From Acidobacteriota bacterium (GTDB taxonomy: Bacteria > Acidobacteriota > UBA890 > WLXD01): a stretch of 64,000 nucleotides of DNA. This document shows, piece by piece, positions 48,861 to 58,257 of this stretch; the stretch's first letter is position 1; every line of letters begins with the position of its first letter. Below the pieces are notes generated by a model, which did no database searches, had not been told where the DNA came from, and saw only the letters and a list, made by a program, of their open reading frames with translations. Where the stretch lies: positions 544,001-608,000 of the forward strand of contig CBDBHB010000009.1 of NCBI GenBank assembly GCA_965205505.1. The letters are read 5' to 3'. The position numbers and the translations under genes are program-made.

Positions 48861-49616
48861 CTACTCGAGCGTGTAGCCCGGATCGCTATACAACGGTTCG
48901 GGAAGCTCGTCGTAGACGTGGATGTCCCAGTCCTCGCCCCTGCCGCGGCCGGTCGAGAGCAGGATGCTGCCAAAGCTCGTCCAGCTCTCCCACGGCAGCG
49001 TGAAGCCTGGCTCGGTCTGATCACGACTGGCGAAGTAGCTCCATTGTTCTACCAACCCCGAGTCTCGGGCGACGTAGACCAGATATCTGTTGTCTGGCGT
49101 CACGCCGACGCTCTCGAAGGTCATCTCGAGAACATCCGCCTCGCGGTCGTCGGCCATTATGTCTTCGCCAACATGACGAAGGTTCACGCCGGGATCCAGC
49201 AGCTTGTAGGGCATGAACATCCAGTAGGAGTCGTTTACCCAGGACCGCCAACCACGCTCGAGACCCTCCTGCTGCGGGGTACCGATGAGCTCCTCTCCGC
49301 CCGTCCAGACACGGCCGCTGCGGCTATTGAGGTTCATCAGGATGAGCATTTCGGGTCCGCGGTCGCTGGCCGGGATCTCGATGCGAATATCGCCCGTGTG
49401 CTTGTCCCAGTAGTGTTGGCGGCCGCCGAAGAACTTCCAGGCAACGTGCCGCGTACTATTCCAGGCGTCCCGACCACCCATGGCATCCATGACGGCTTCG
49501 GCGATTGCCCGAGCCTCTGGGTCGATCTGCATGGGAACGGCACCGCCATCGTCAGCCGCAACCGGTGTGGCGATGAGCAGCAGCAGCGCTGCAGTACTGA
49601 CAAAGCGCTTCGTCAT
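48861..49616 (-). CDS. secreted hypothetical protein (DUF6503-like)
   Basis: Signal peptide; AMGG..AW, NDSYW..MP.KL.DPGV, GVTP..RY. Confidence 0.75.
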   Translation of the reverse strand: MTKRFVSTAALLLLIATPVAADDGGAVPMQIDPEARAIAEAVMDAMGGRDAWNSTRHVAWKFFGGRQHYWDKHTGDIRIEIPASDRGPEMLILMNLNSRSGRVWTGGEELIGTPQQEGLERGWRSWVNDSYWMFMPYKLLDPGVNLRHVGEDIMADDREADVLEMTFESVGVTPDNRYLVYVARDSGLVEQWSYFASRDQTEPGFTLPWESWTSFGSILLSTGRGRGEDWDIHVYDELPEPLYSDPGYTLE

Positions 49617-49656
49617 GGCGAGCCTCCGGGGTTCAGCTCTGATTGAGGGGGGGTCC

Positions 49657-50901
49657 TTATTCGCCTAGCCTTAATTGGTCGAATTCTCCTTCGAGGGCTT
49701 CCCTGACGAGAGGGAGCATCTCTTCCGCGATTAGGGTATGTCCGACCCAGTTCGGATGGCACCCGTCGTTGGTGACATAGTACTGGGGTTGTCGTCGCAG
49801 CACGTTGCGACCGTAGATCGAGCGGTAGTGATCGACTTTCTCAGGGTGAAGCGTACCGTTGATCAATGCATTGCGACGTTCCTTGAACAACGGACCGACG
49901 TTGAGGATCGGGCTCTTGGTCCACTTCGATACCATGTTGATGGTGGCGACGTAGACATCGAATCTGGTGCACACCGAAATGAGGACGGTCTTCACCCCTG
50001 CCGCTTGGGCGGTCAGCACGGTATCGATCAGGTTCCGTCGGTAGTCGTCGACCGGTACAGCCCGTACCGTTTGCGGTTCCCCGATCGGCTCATCAGGATC
50101 CACTGCCAGCGGGTTTCTGAGGGTGACGACAAGCCGTCGCAACAGACGATAGGTGCGGAGGTTGAGCATCTCGAACCGCAGGGCGCCCATCCACGTATCG
50201 TCGACAGCGAGCAGCTCGTCCGTGGCAACGGGGACCACGCGAGGATCGTTGGAACCATAGCTGATGACCAGCAGGTCGGGTTCGAGCGGCAGCGCATAAT
50301 GCCGCACCATACCCAGGCCGTGACGGCTATTCTGGCCGGGGATCCCCAGGTTGATGATCTCGTACCGACCCGGTAGCTGCTCGTTGAGCTTAGCCTCCAG
50401 GATGTGCTGGAAGGTTTGCTCCGGCTCGACACCCCAACCGAAGGTGCTGGAGTCGCCGATCGTCACGATGCGAGTCACCTCGGGGCTCTTCTCCCCGATC
50501 TGGTCGCCCCGGAACCCGTAGCTGTTCGAGTGCAGACGAAAGGTGACGTTCTTCTTGACCTCGATCTCGTTGAATGGATTCACCACCCGCGTGTCGACGT
50601 TTGGCTTCATGCGGTACTGGATCCAGCGCGCCTCCTCGAAGTGATACATCCCCGCGAGGACCTCTGCCGCCACCGGCTTGCTGGCGTCGGCGAGCACTGC
50701 GGCCTGTTGCTCCATCACCCAGGCCTCGTCCGCCAACAACCAAACGGGAACGGCAATCTGGGCGTTCTCGTTGCGCGCCAGGTCGGTCTCGATGTCGAAT
50801 GCCCAGATCGTCAACTCGGCGATGACGACGAACAACAGCGGTGACGCAACCAGCAGCAGCAGGCGCTCACACCAGACAGGGCCTCGACGATCGGTCGACA
50901 A
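49657..50901 (-). CDS. membrane-anchored SGNH/GDSL hydrolase (copy A)
   Basis: GDSSTFG, GSND, DGCHP; N-terminal TM helix. Confidence 0.88.
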   Translation of the reverse strand: MSTDRRGPVWCERLLLLVASPLLFVVIAELTIWAFDIETDLARNENAQIAVPVWLLADEAWVMEQQAAVLADASKPVAAEVLAGMYHFEEARWIQYRMKPNVDTRVVNPFNEIEVKKNVTFRLHSNSYGFRGDQIGEKSPEVTRIVTIGDSSTFGWGVEPEQTFQHILEAKLNEQLPGRYEIINLGIPGQNSRHGLGMVRHYALPLEPDLLVISYGSNDPRVVPVATDELLAVDDTWMGALRFEMLNLRTYRLLRRLVVTLRNPLAVDPDEPIGEPQTVRAVPVDDYRRNLIDTVLTAQAAGVKTVLISVCTRFDVYVATINMVSKWTKSPILNVGPLFKERRNALINGTLHPEKVDHYRSIYGRNVLRRQPQYYVTNDGCHPNWVGHTLIAEEMLPLVREALEGEFDQLRLGE

Positions 50902-51123
50902 AGTTCGGTGTTCCGGGTCGCAAGGTGTTGATACTCGTAGCCAGCGTCCGTGCGCAGGAATCAGAGCTCAACACGGGAGCTGGACAGGGGTTCGAGTTTG
51001 CCACATGCTCGCGGCCGTCGCCGTTCGGCGTGGCGCTTGCGCGCCAGACGCTTCGGCTACACTGAGGCGTCCCAGTCGCCGGCGATCCCCTCCGGGCTTC
51101 TCGAGCGAGTGACATCCTCCGCC

Positions 51124-52548
51124 ATGTCCCAGCGCGAACCGACATTGTTCCAGATGTCGGCGCCACTCGTTGTTTCGTTCGTCATGCGAGCGGCGTTCAC
51201 CTTCGTCGACACGATCTACGCTGCCACCATAGGTGACTCGGCGGTCGCCGCGATCGGCCTGACGGTCCCGTTCGAGTTCCTCATGATCGCCATCTGGGTG
51301 GGCATGTCCACGGGACTCACGGCGGCGCTATCGAAAAGCATGGCAGCCGGCGAGGGAGAAAAGATAGAGCAGTACTTGAGTGCCGCCTGGCGGATGGCAT
51401 TGATCGTGTCGCCGGTGTTCGTTGCCCTGGGTGCGTTCATCTGGTTCGTGGCGCCGCAATACGGCCTCTCGGACGAGGTCTTCGGGAGCTTTCGCATCTA
51501 CGCCGCCGTGATGCTGGGAGGGTCGGCGTTCACTGCCTTCTGGTCAGTCGTGCCCGACTCCGTCGTCAAGGCGCACCAGGACACGCGCTCCACGATGTGG
51601 GCGGGAATCGCCTCCAACGTCATCAACTTGTTGCTGAACACGATCTTCCTGTTCGTATTCCACTGGGGGATTTTCGGCATCGCGTTTTCCACCGTGCTGG
51701 GCCGTGTCGGTGGCCTGGTCTATGCGCTCAACAAGGCGAAGCAGCACGAGGATCGCCGTCGCGCTGCCGGTACCCACACCGTGCCCGGGAACGACCCGAC
51801 GCCGTATTGGAGACAGCTGTCGCTGGCGCTCCCGGCCGGGCTCACCTTCGTTCTCACCGCGGTGGAGATGGCGATCATCAACGGCATGCTGGCGGGCCTC
51901 GGAACCGCCACTGCGGCGATTGCGGCGTACTCGATCTATCACCGCGTGCTGTCGTTCGCCATGAACCCGCTGATCGCGATGTCGGTGGCGATGTTGCCTT
52001 TCGCTAGCCGGCTGGTGGGCAAGCAGGATTGGGACGGTCTACGCCAGGGAATCCGACAGTCGCTGCTTGCAACGGCGGCCTACTCAGTCGTCGTAGTCGG
52101 GCCGCTGATGGTGCTCCTCGGCCCCTGGCTTGCGAGCGCGCTGGCGGAGTCCGCCGAGACCGTCGACTACGCGCGTTTCGCCCTGTTTCTGGTGCCCGCC
52201 GCGTGTCTCCTGAGCACCCCGTTTTTCCTTATGCGCCCTGTCTTCGAGGCCATGGGGCGCGGTCAACCCGGATTGATCATGGCCGTGGTGCGAACCGGTA
52301 TCCTCACGGTGCCGCTGGCGATACTCGGCATCCGGGTGGCGTCGTGGCTCGGTTACCCACAAATCTACGGTATGTTGATCGGACTCCTCGTGGTCGCGCT
52401 GCTCTCGTCGATGGCTTTCGTCCTCTGGTTGCGCAGGGCTCTCCGCGATTTCATCGATAGCCATCTGCTCTTGGAGCCAGCGCCGGCGCAACCGGGCGCC
52501 TCGGTGCTCCTTCCGGACACGGGCCTACAGCCCGAACCGCCCGAGTAG
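51124..52548 (+). CDS. MATE-family efflux transporter
   Basis: MSAPL...FVDTIY...G..AVAAIG; about 12 TM helices. Confidence 0.88.
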   Translation: MSQREPTLFQMSAPLVVSFVMRAAFTFVDTIYAATIGDSAVAAIGLTVPFEFLMIAIWVGMSTGLTAALSKSMAAGEGEKIEQYLSAAWRMALIVSPVFVALGAFIWFVAPQYGLSDEVFGSFRIYAAVMLGGSAFTAFWSVVPDSVVKAHQDTRSTMWAGIASNVINLLLNTIFLFVFHWGIFGIAFSTVLGRVGGLVYALNKAKQHEDRRRAAGTHTVPGNDPTPYWRQLSLALPAGLTFVLTAVEMAIINGMLAGLGTATAAIAAYSIYHRVLSFAMNPLIAMSVAMLPFASRLVGKQDWDGLRQGIRQSLLATAAYSVVVVGPLMVLLGPWLASALAESAETVDYARFALFLVPAACLLSTPFFLMRPVFEAMGRGQPGLIMAVVRTGILTVPLAILGIRVASWLGYPQIYGMLIGLLVVALLSSMAFVLWLRRALRDFIDSHLLLEPAPAQPGASVLLPDTGLQPEPPE

Positions 52549-52610
52549 CAACGCCGTTCGCCGCAAGCCACCATCGGAGCACTCTCCGACGCAAGCAGTC
52601 AGACAACCTC

Positions 52611-54350
52611 GTGCCAATCCGGGAGCAAGCCCGCGTGACCGATCTTCGCAACAAGGAATTTCCGCGTTCCTTCGTGCCGGACGACATCGACCTCGGCGAC
52701 TGGGAGGCAGTGCAGCCGTGGGTCGAAAAGCTGCTCGAGCGGCAACTGACGTCGGCCGCCGACCTGGAGCAGTGGTTGTTGGATCTTTCCGAGCTGCAGT
52801 CGTGTGTCTCCGAGGAGAGGGCTCGCCGCTATATCGCCATGACCTGCGATACAGAGGACGAGGACGCGGAGGCTCGCTACCTGGAGCTGATCGAGCACTT
52901 CATGCCGGCGGCCAAACCGTGGTTTCACAAGCTCAACGAGTACTACGTCGCCAGCCCACACCGCGTCGACCTCGACGAGAGCCGCTATGCGGTTCTGGAT
53001 CGAGGCACGGCCATGGATATCGAGCTATATCGCGAGCAAAACATCGAGCTGCAGACCCAGGCGAGCGTCCTCAGCCAACGCTACCAGAAGGTCAGCGGTG
53101 TCATGACAGTGGAGTTTCGCGGCGAGGAGCGCACCTTGCCGCAGATGGGGAAGTTTCTCGAGGAGACCGATCGCAACCTGCGCCAGGAGGCATGGGAGGC
53201 CATCTGGGATCGTCGCCTGCAGGATCGCGACGCCTTTGACGAGATCTTCGATGAGCTGGTCGAGCTACGGCATCAGACGGCGCTCAATGCCGACTGCTCC
53301 GACTATCGGGACTACACGTTCAAGTCGTACCACCGCTTCGACTACACGCCGGAGTCCTGCGAGCGATTCCACGAGGCGGTCGAAAGAAACGTCATGCCGC
53401 TCGTGCGGACTCTGGCTGATCAACGTCGCTCAGCGCTCGGCCTCGATCACTTGCGACCATGGGATTTCGGGGTCGATCCTCTCGGCCGGCCGCCGTTACG
53501 CCCGTTCGAAGACAGCACCGAGCTCGGGCAGGGCGCGCGCCGTATCTTCGCTCGCATCGATCCCGAGCTCGAGGCCCAGTTCGTCAGCATGCTCGAGGGC
53601 GGCGAGCTCGACCTGGAATCGCGTAAGGGCAAAGCGCCGGGAGGCTATCAGTCGTCGCTGGAGGAAGTCCGACGCCCGTTTATCTTCATGAACGCGGCGG
53701 GGTTGCATCGCGACGTCGAGACGTTGCTCCATGAGTCGGGCCACGCCTTCCACGCCCTTGCCGCTCGCGACGAGCCGCTAGTGGAGTATCGCCACGCCCC
53801 GATCGAGTTCGCCGAGGTAGCCTCGATGACCATGGAGCTGTTCGGCGATGACCACCTCGACGAGTTCTATAGTGCCGACGATGCGGCGCGCGCCAAGCGC
53901 AAGCACCTCGAAGGCATCATCGAGCTGCTTCCCTGGATCGCTCGTGTCGACGCCTTCCAGCACTGGATCTACACGAACCCGCAGCACACACGCGAGGACC
54001 GTACGGCAGCTTGGCTACAGCTGGGCGAGCGCTTCGAAGTACCGATCGAGTGGGCCGGGCACGATGACCAACGTCAAGCCGGGTGGCAGCGGCAACTCCA
54101 CATCTTCTGCTACCCGTTCTACTACATCGAATACGGCATCGCCCAGCTTGGCGCCTTGCAGATCTGGAACACGTTCAAGCGCGATTCGGCTCGCGGACTG
54201 TCCGACTATCGAGCGGCGCTGGCTCTTGGTGGCTCGCTTCCGCTACCGAAGTTGTTCGAGGCTGCCGGTGCGAAGCTCGCGTTCGATGAGAGCACCATCG
54301 CGCCGCTGATGGACCGAGTTGGTAGGGAGCTGGCGACGTTACCTGCCTAG
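52611..54350 (+). CDS. M3B oligoendopeptidase F-like
   Basis: HESGHAFH, EVAS, KAPGGY, FYYIEY. Confidence 0.92.
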   Translation: MPIREQARVTDLRNKEFPRSFVPDDIDLGDWEAVQPWVEKLLERQLTSAADLEQWLLDLSELQSCVSEERARRYIAMTCDTEDEDAEARYLELIEHFMPAAKPWFHKLNEYYVASPHRVDLDESRYAVLDRGTAMDIELYREQNIELQTQASVLSQRYQKVSGVMTVEFRGEERTLPQMGKFLEETDRNLRQEAWEAIWDRRLQDRDAFDEIFDELVELRHQTALNADCSDYRDYTFKSYHRFDYTPESCERFHEAVERNVMPLVRTLADQRRSALGLDHLRPWDFGVDPLGRPPLRPFEDSTELGQGARRIFARIDPELEAQFVSMLEGGELDLESRKGKAPGGYQSSLEEVRRPFIFMNAAGLHRDVETLLHESGHAFHALAARDEPLVEYRHAPIEFAEVASMTMELFGDDHLDEFYSADDAARAKRKHLEGIIELLPWIARVDAFQHWIYTNPQHTREDRTAAWLQLGERFEVPIEWAGHDDQRQAGWQRQLHIFCYPFYYIEYGIAQLGALQIWNTFKRDSARGLSDYRAALALGGSLPLPKLFEAAGAKLAFDESTIAPLMDRVGRELATLPA

Positions 54351-54499
54351 CAGGCCGTGGTGAAAGTGTGGTGGGTCTGGCGACAGGGTCTTGCGAGGCG
54401 GAGGCAAGGAGAGAGGAGGAGGCGATGGTTACCCCATCGTTGACGAGGAACGACGCAGCACGTAACCAGACCCACCACACTTTCACCACGGCCTGCTAG
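54347..54499. mobile_element. MITE-like element, short copy (153 bp)
   Basis: 34-bp perfect inverted ends CTAGCAGGCCGTGGTGAAAGTGTGGTGGGTCTGG. Confidence 0.85.
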
Positions 54500-54506
54500 T
54501 ACTGGC

Positions 54507-55172
54507 TCAACGTTCGCGCAGGAACTCCCGTATCATCGCCAGCACTGTACCCACCGCGCCGATGTTGTAGCCCTCCGGAATCACCAAGTCGGCATATGCC
54601 CTGGAAGGCTCGACAAACTCCACGTGCATGGGCTGCACCGTCGTGAGGTACTGATCGAAGACCGACTCCACCGTGCGTCCGCGGTCGCGGATGTCGCGCT
54701 CGACGCGCCGCATGAGCCGCACGTCGGCGTCGGTGTCGACGAAGATCTTCAGGTCCATCATCTGGCGCAACTGTGGCTCCGCCAGCACCAGCACTCCCTC
54801 GACCAGGATCACCGATCGCGGCTCGACCCGCTCAGTCTCGACGCGTCGCGTGTGGGTCGTAAACTCATACAACGGCTTGTCTATGGCAGCACGATGCACC
54901 AGTGCGCTCAGGTGCTCGACCAGCAACTCGGTCTCGAGTGAGTCGGGATGATCGTAGTTCTGCTGGCTGCGCTCCGCCGCCGGCAGGTGTCCGAGGTCGC
55001 GGTAGTAGGAGTCGTGCAGGATCAGCGCGCAGTGATCCTTGCCGATTTCCTCGGCCATGGCGTCGGCGATCGTTGTCTTGCCGGAGCCGGAGCCGCCCGC
55101 GATGCCGATGATCAGCGCTCTTCCGTCGGCCGAGGACCAGCGCGGCTTGCGTTCAAGATCGAGGAGCGTCAC
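54507..55172 (-). CDS. udk: uridine kinase
   Basis: GIAGGSGSGKTT, DSYY, NYDHPD, VEGVL, RDI..RGR, FVEPS..YAD. Confidence 0.93.
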   Translation of the reverse strand: MTLLDLERKPRWSSADGRALIIGIAGGSGSGKTTIADAMAEEIGKDHCALILHDSYYRDLGHLPAAERSQQNYDHPDSLETELLVEHLSALVHRAAIDKPLYEFTTHTRRVETERVEPRSVILVEGVLVLAEPQLRQMMDLKIFVDTDADVRLMRRVERDIRDRGRTVESVFDQYLTTVQPMHVEFVEPSRAYADLVIPEGYNIGAVGTVLAMIREFLRER

Positions 55173-55331
55173 TGCGGGGCGGCCTTTCGCTGACGGAACG
55201 TGTAGTGCCGGAATCTCGCTTGGCTTTTCGGCTCGGGAGCCCGACAGTAGACGCCAGGAGCGAGAATACAACCGCCCGGGCGAAGGGACCGACCTCGGGT
55301 TGGATCTGCTGCCGTAGCGGGATGTATCGCG

Positions 55332-55610
55332 CGAGCAGGCCGTGGTGAAAGTGTGGTGGGTCTGGCGACAGGGTGTTGCGAAGTGGAGGCAAGGAGAGAG
55401 GAGGAGGCGATGGTTACGCCATCGTTGACGAGGAACGACGCAGCATACGCGCGCAACCCCCTGTCGACCAAAGGGTTACGGTGATTTGGGGCCATCTGCA
55501 GCGTTGGCCTTCCTCGACGATGGCTAGGGCATCGCCAGTGTCAGGCCGCCTTCCATCTGGCCCCAACTCGCCGTAACCAGACCCACCACACTTTCACCAC
55601 GGCCTGCTAG
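55332..55610. mobile_element. MITE-like element, long copy (279 bp)
   Basis: Same inverted ends (left end CGAG, right end CTAG) plus 126 bp that the short copy lacks. Confidence 0.85.
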
Positions 55611-55669
55611 AGGCTCGAGTGGGTGCAGACGCCCTACGGAATCCGAGCCCTCGAACGTGCGCAGCTCGA

Positions 55670-55867
55670 TCAATCTGTTTCTTCAGAGGTCATGCCGGTT
55701 GCCCTGTGTCCGACGCATTCGCGAACTGGGAGCTGCGGGTAACGCGGAAACTCTGGTGCTGTTTTCGCCTTGGCACACAGCAGGAACTCGGAGCCGCGAT
55801 CGTTGCGCAAGCGTCGCGAGTGAACGCAATCCGTGCACAATCCTAGCTCCGGTCGCGAGACCATCAT
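55670..55867 (-). CDS. small Cys-rich protein (CxxC...C...C)
   Basis: GLCTDCVH...RGSEFLLC...FPRYPQLPV.EC.G; upstream AGGGGG RBS-like sequence. Confidence 0.65.
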   Translation of the reverse strand: MMVSRPELGLCTDCVHSRRLRNDRGSEFLLCAKAKTAPEFPRYPQLPVRECVGHRATGMTSEETD

Positions 55868-56077
55868 GACCCCCTGATCCTCCGCCCTGCGATCGGCTCC
55901 ACCGTGCAGCTGTAAGATCCAGATCCAGGCAGCAGCATTGACAGGCCGCCCAAGAACTGGCGCTAGCCGCGAGCATATGTAAGGTTAGGCTCCCATCTCG
56001 GCCCCGTGCAGGACGGTAGTCTGCGTCCAGGCACCGGCCGTTAGCGTCAACACCGCGCGCACTCGGGGCACCGAACC

Positions 56078-57332
56078 GTGTCGACCGAACGTGGAATCCC
56101 AGTCTGGCTCCGGCGCTTGCCGTTGCTGGTCGGCGCGCCGTTGCTGTTCCTCGCTGTCACCGAGTTGGCGATCTGGGCGATTGGCCTCGAGACTGACTTG
56201 GTGCGCATCGAGAATGCCCCGATTCCTGTTCCCGTATGGCTGCTGGCAGATGAGGCCTGGGTGATGGAGCGCCAGGCCGATGCACTCGCCGGCGGCAGAA
56301 CTCTCTTGACGGCGCAGAACTTCGCCGCGATGTACCCGTTCGAGGAGGCGCGCTGGATTGAGTACCGCATGAAGCCGAACATCGATACGCGGGTGGTGAA
56401 TCCGTGGAACAAGTTCGAGGTGGAGAAGAAGATCACCTTTCGCCTGTACTCCAACAGCGACGGGTTCCGGGGCAAGGAGATTCCGCCCAAGCAGGCCAGC
56501 GTCACCCGTAATCGTGACGATCGGTGACTCCAGCACATTCGGTTGGGGTGTCGAGCCTGAGCATATGTTCCAGCATATTTTGGAGGCGAAGCTCAACGAG
56601 CAGCTACCGGGTCGGTACGAGATCATCAACCTGGGGATCTCGGGGCAGACCAGCCGCCACGGCCTGGGCTCGTTGCGGCACTTCGCGCTGCCACTCGAAC
56701 CCGACTTGCTGGTGATCAGCTATGGCGCCAACGACCCCCACCTGGTACCTGTTCCCACGGGCGAGCTGCTTGACGCTGACGATACATGGGCCGGCGCCCT
56801 ACGGTTCGAGATGCTCAAATTCCGCACCTATCGCCTGTTGCGACGCCTGGTTTTCACGCTCTGGAACCCGCTGGCGGTGGATCCGAAGCAAATGCCAGCG
56901 CCGCCGCCTCGGGTACGCGCCGTTTCGGTCGACGACTATCGGCAGAACATGATCGAGATCGTGCAGACCGCCCAACAGGCGGGAGTGCGGACCCTCCTCT
57001 TGTCCGTGTGCACGCGCAACGAGCTATACGTTTCCAACATCAACGGCGTTGCGAGGTGGACCAACACCCCGATCGTCAACGCCCGCGCGTTGTTCAGGGA
57101 ACGATCCGATGCCTTGGCGGACGGCACTCTTCATCCTGAGAAGGTCGATCATTACCGCTCGATATATGGTCAGCAGGCGCTGCGGTCGCAACCGGTGCTG
57201 TATGTCACCAGTGACGGGTGCCATCCGCACTGGGTCGGACATTCCCTGATCGCGGAAGAGATGTTTCCTTTGGTCAAGAGAGCCCTCGCAACTCGGCCCC
57301 AACCCGAGCGGAATTCTGGAAGCTCGCCGTAA
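56078..57332 (+). CDS. membrane-anchored SGNH/GDSL hydrolase (copy B) with one frameshift near 56510
   Basis: Collinear paralog of 49657-50901; one extra A (cgtAatcgtg) breaks VTRIVTIGDS. Confidence 0.85.
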
Positions 57333-57561
57333 CGAAGTGCCAGCCGACCTCAGGTCATGCACCCGCCGAAGGTTAATCTGTACCCGGACGCACTCCGCTC
57401 AAACCCTGAAGCAACAGAGCTTTTTAGCTCAGTCGGTTGGGGAGAAACTCTGCAAACGACGGAGTCTTGCGCTCCGGGACGAGATTCGAACAGTGGTTCG
57501 TCCCTATAATGGATTGTAGGGTGAGTGCTCCTGACCCTGCGGAGGCGGGCGGACGACAACC

Positions 57562-58248
57562 ATGAGAACGCACATATGGCGAGCGATTTTGGCGGCACTG
57601 GTGCTGGCGCTGCTGGTCCCGACGGCTGCTGAAGCGCAAAAGAAAAAGAAGAAGAAGAAAAGCACCGACACGACCGCACAGAAGACAGTCTCTGTCGAGG
57701 TGTTGCCGCTGTTCGATCGCGGCGCATACTCTGCGGTCGTCGATGCGGTGGACATGGCAGCCGGTCCGGAGGTCCTCGTCAGCCCTGACGCGGTGTTCGT
57801 CGCGGGCATGAGCCAGGAGGCGATGAGCGCCTCGGGCAAGGCAAGCAGGGCATACGCAGGACTCGACAAGCTCGCCAGCAACGACCCCTGGCATCACCTG
57901 GGCGGATCCGCGGCGGCGTTGGTCGCCGGGAATCTCGATCAAGCGTTGAACGCCGCGGTACGTGGCGTCGAGCTAGCCAACGGTGACAAGCTGGCGCACA
58001 AGTACGCGCATTTCCAGCACGGCCGGGTATTGATGGCGCGCGAGGATTTCGTCGCATCGAGCGACGCCTTCATCCGCACTCTACAGATAGACGGTAGTTT
58101 CGCCTATGCGCACTATTGGGCCGGATTCAGCTACAACAAGACCGGCAACCTGGTGTCGATGACCAATCATTTCGAGCGCTTCCTGGAGCTGGCACCGGAG
58201 GCTCCGGAGCGCCAACAGGTCATGGCGATCCTGGCGGCGATGCGCTGA
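57562..58248 (+). CDS. secreted TPR-like protein with a poly-Lys tract
   Basis: Signal peptide AEA-Q, then K7; TPR-like AHFQHG, AHYWAG and FERFLELAP.APE; a perfect TATAAT at 57505-57510. Confidence 0.8.
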   Translation: MRTHIWRAILAALVLALLVPTAAEAQKKKKKKKSTDTTAQKTVSVEVLPLFDRGAYSAVVDAVDMAAGPEVLVSPDAVFVAGMSQEAMSASGKASRAYAGLDKLASNDPWHHLGGSAAALVAGNLDQALNAAVRGVELANGDKLAHKYAHFQHGRVLMAREDFVASSDAFIRTLQIDGSFAYAHYWAGFSYNKTGNLVSMTNHFERFLELAPEAPERQQVMAILAAMR

Positions 58249-58257
58249 CGACGCCGA

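Noticed and set aside
57424-57440. TAGCTCAGTCGGTT resembling a tRNA D-arm
   Set aside because: No anticodon arm, T-arm at the right spacing or acceptor stem.
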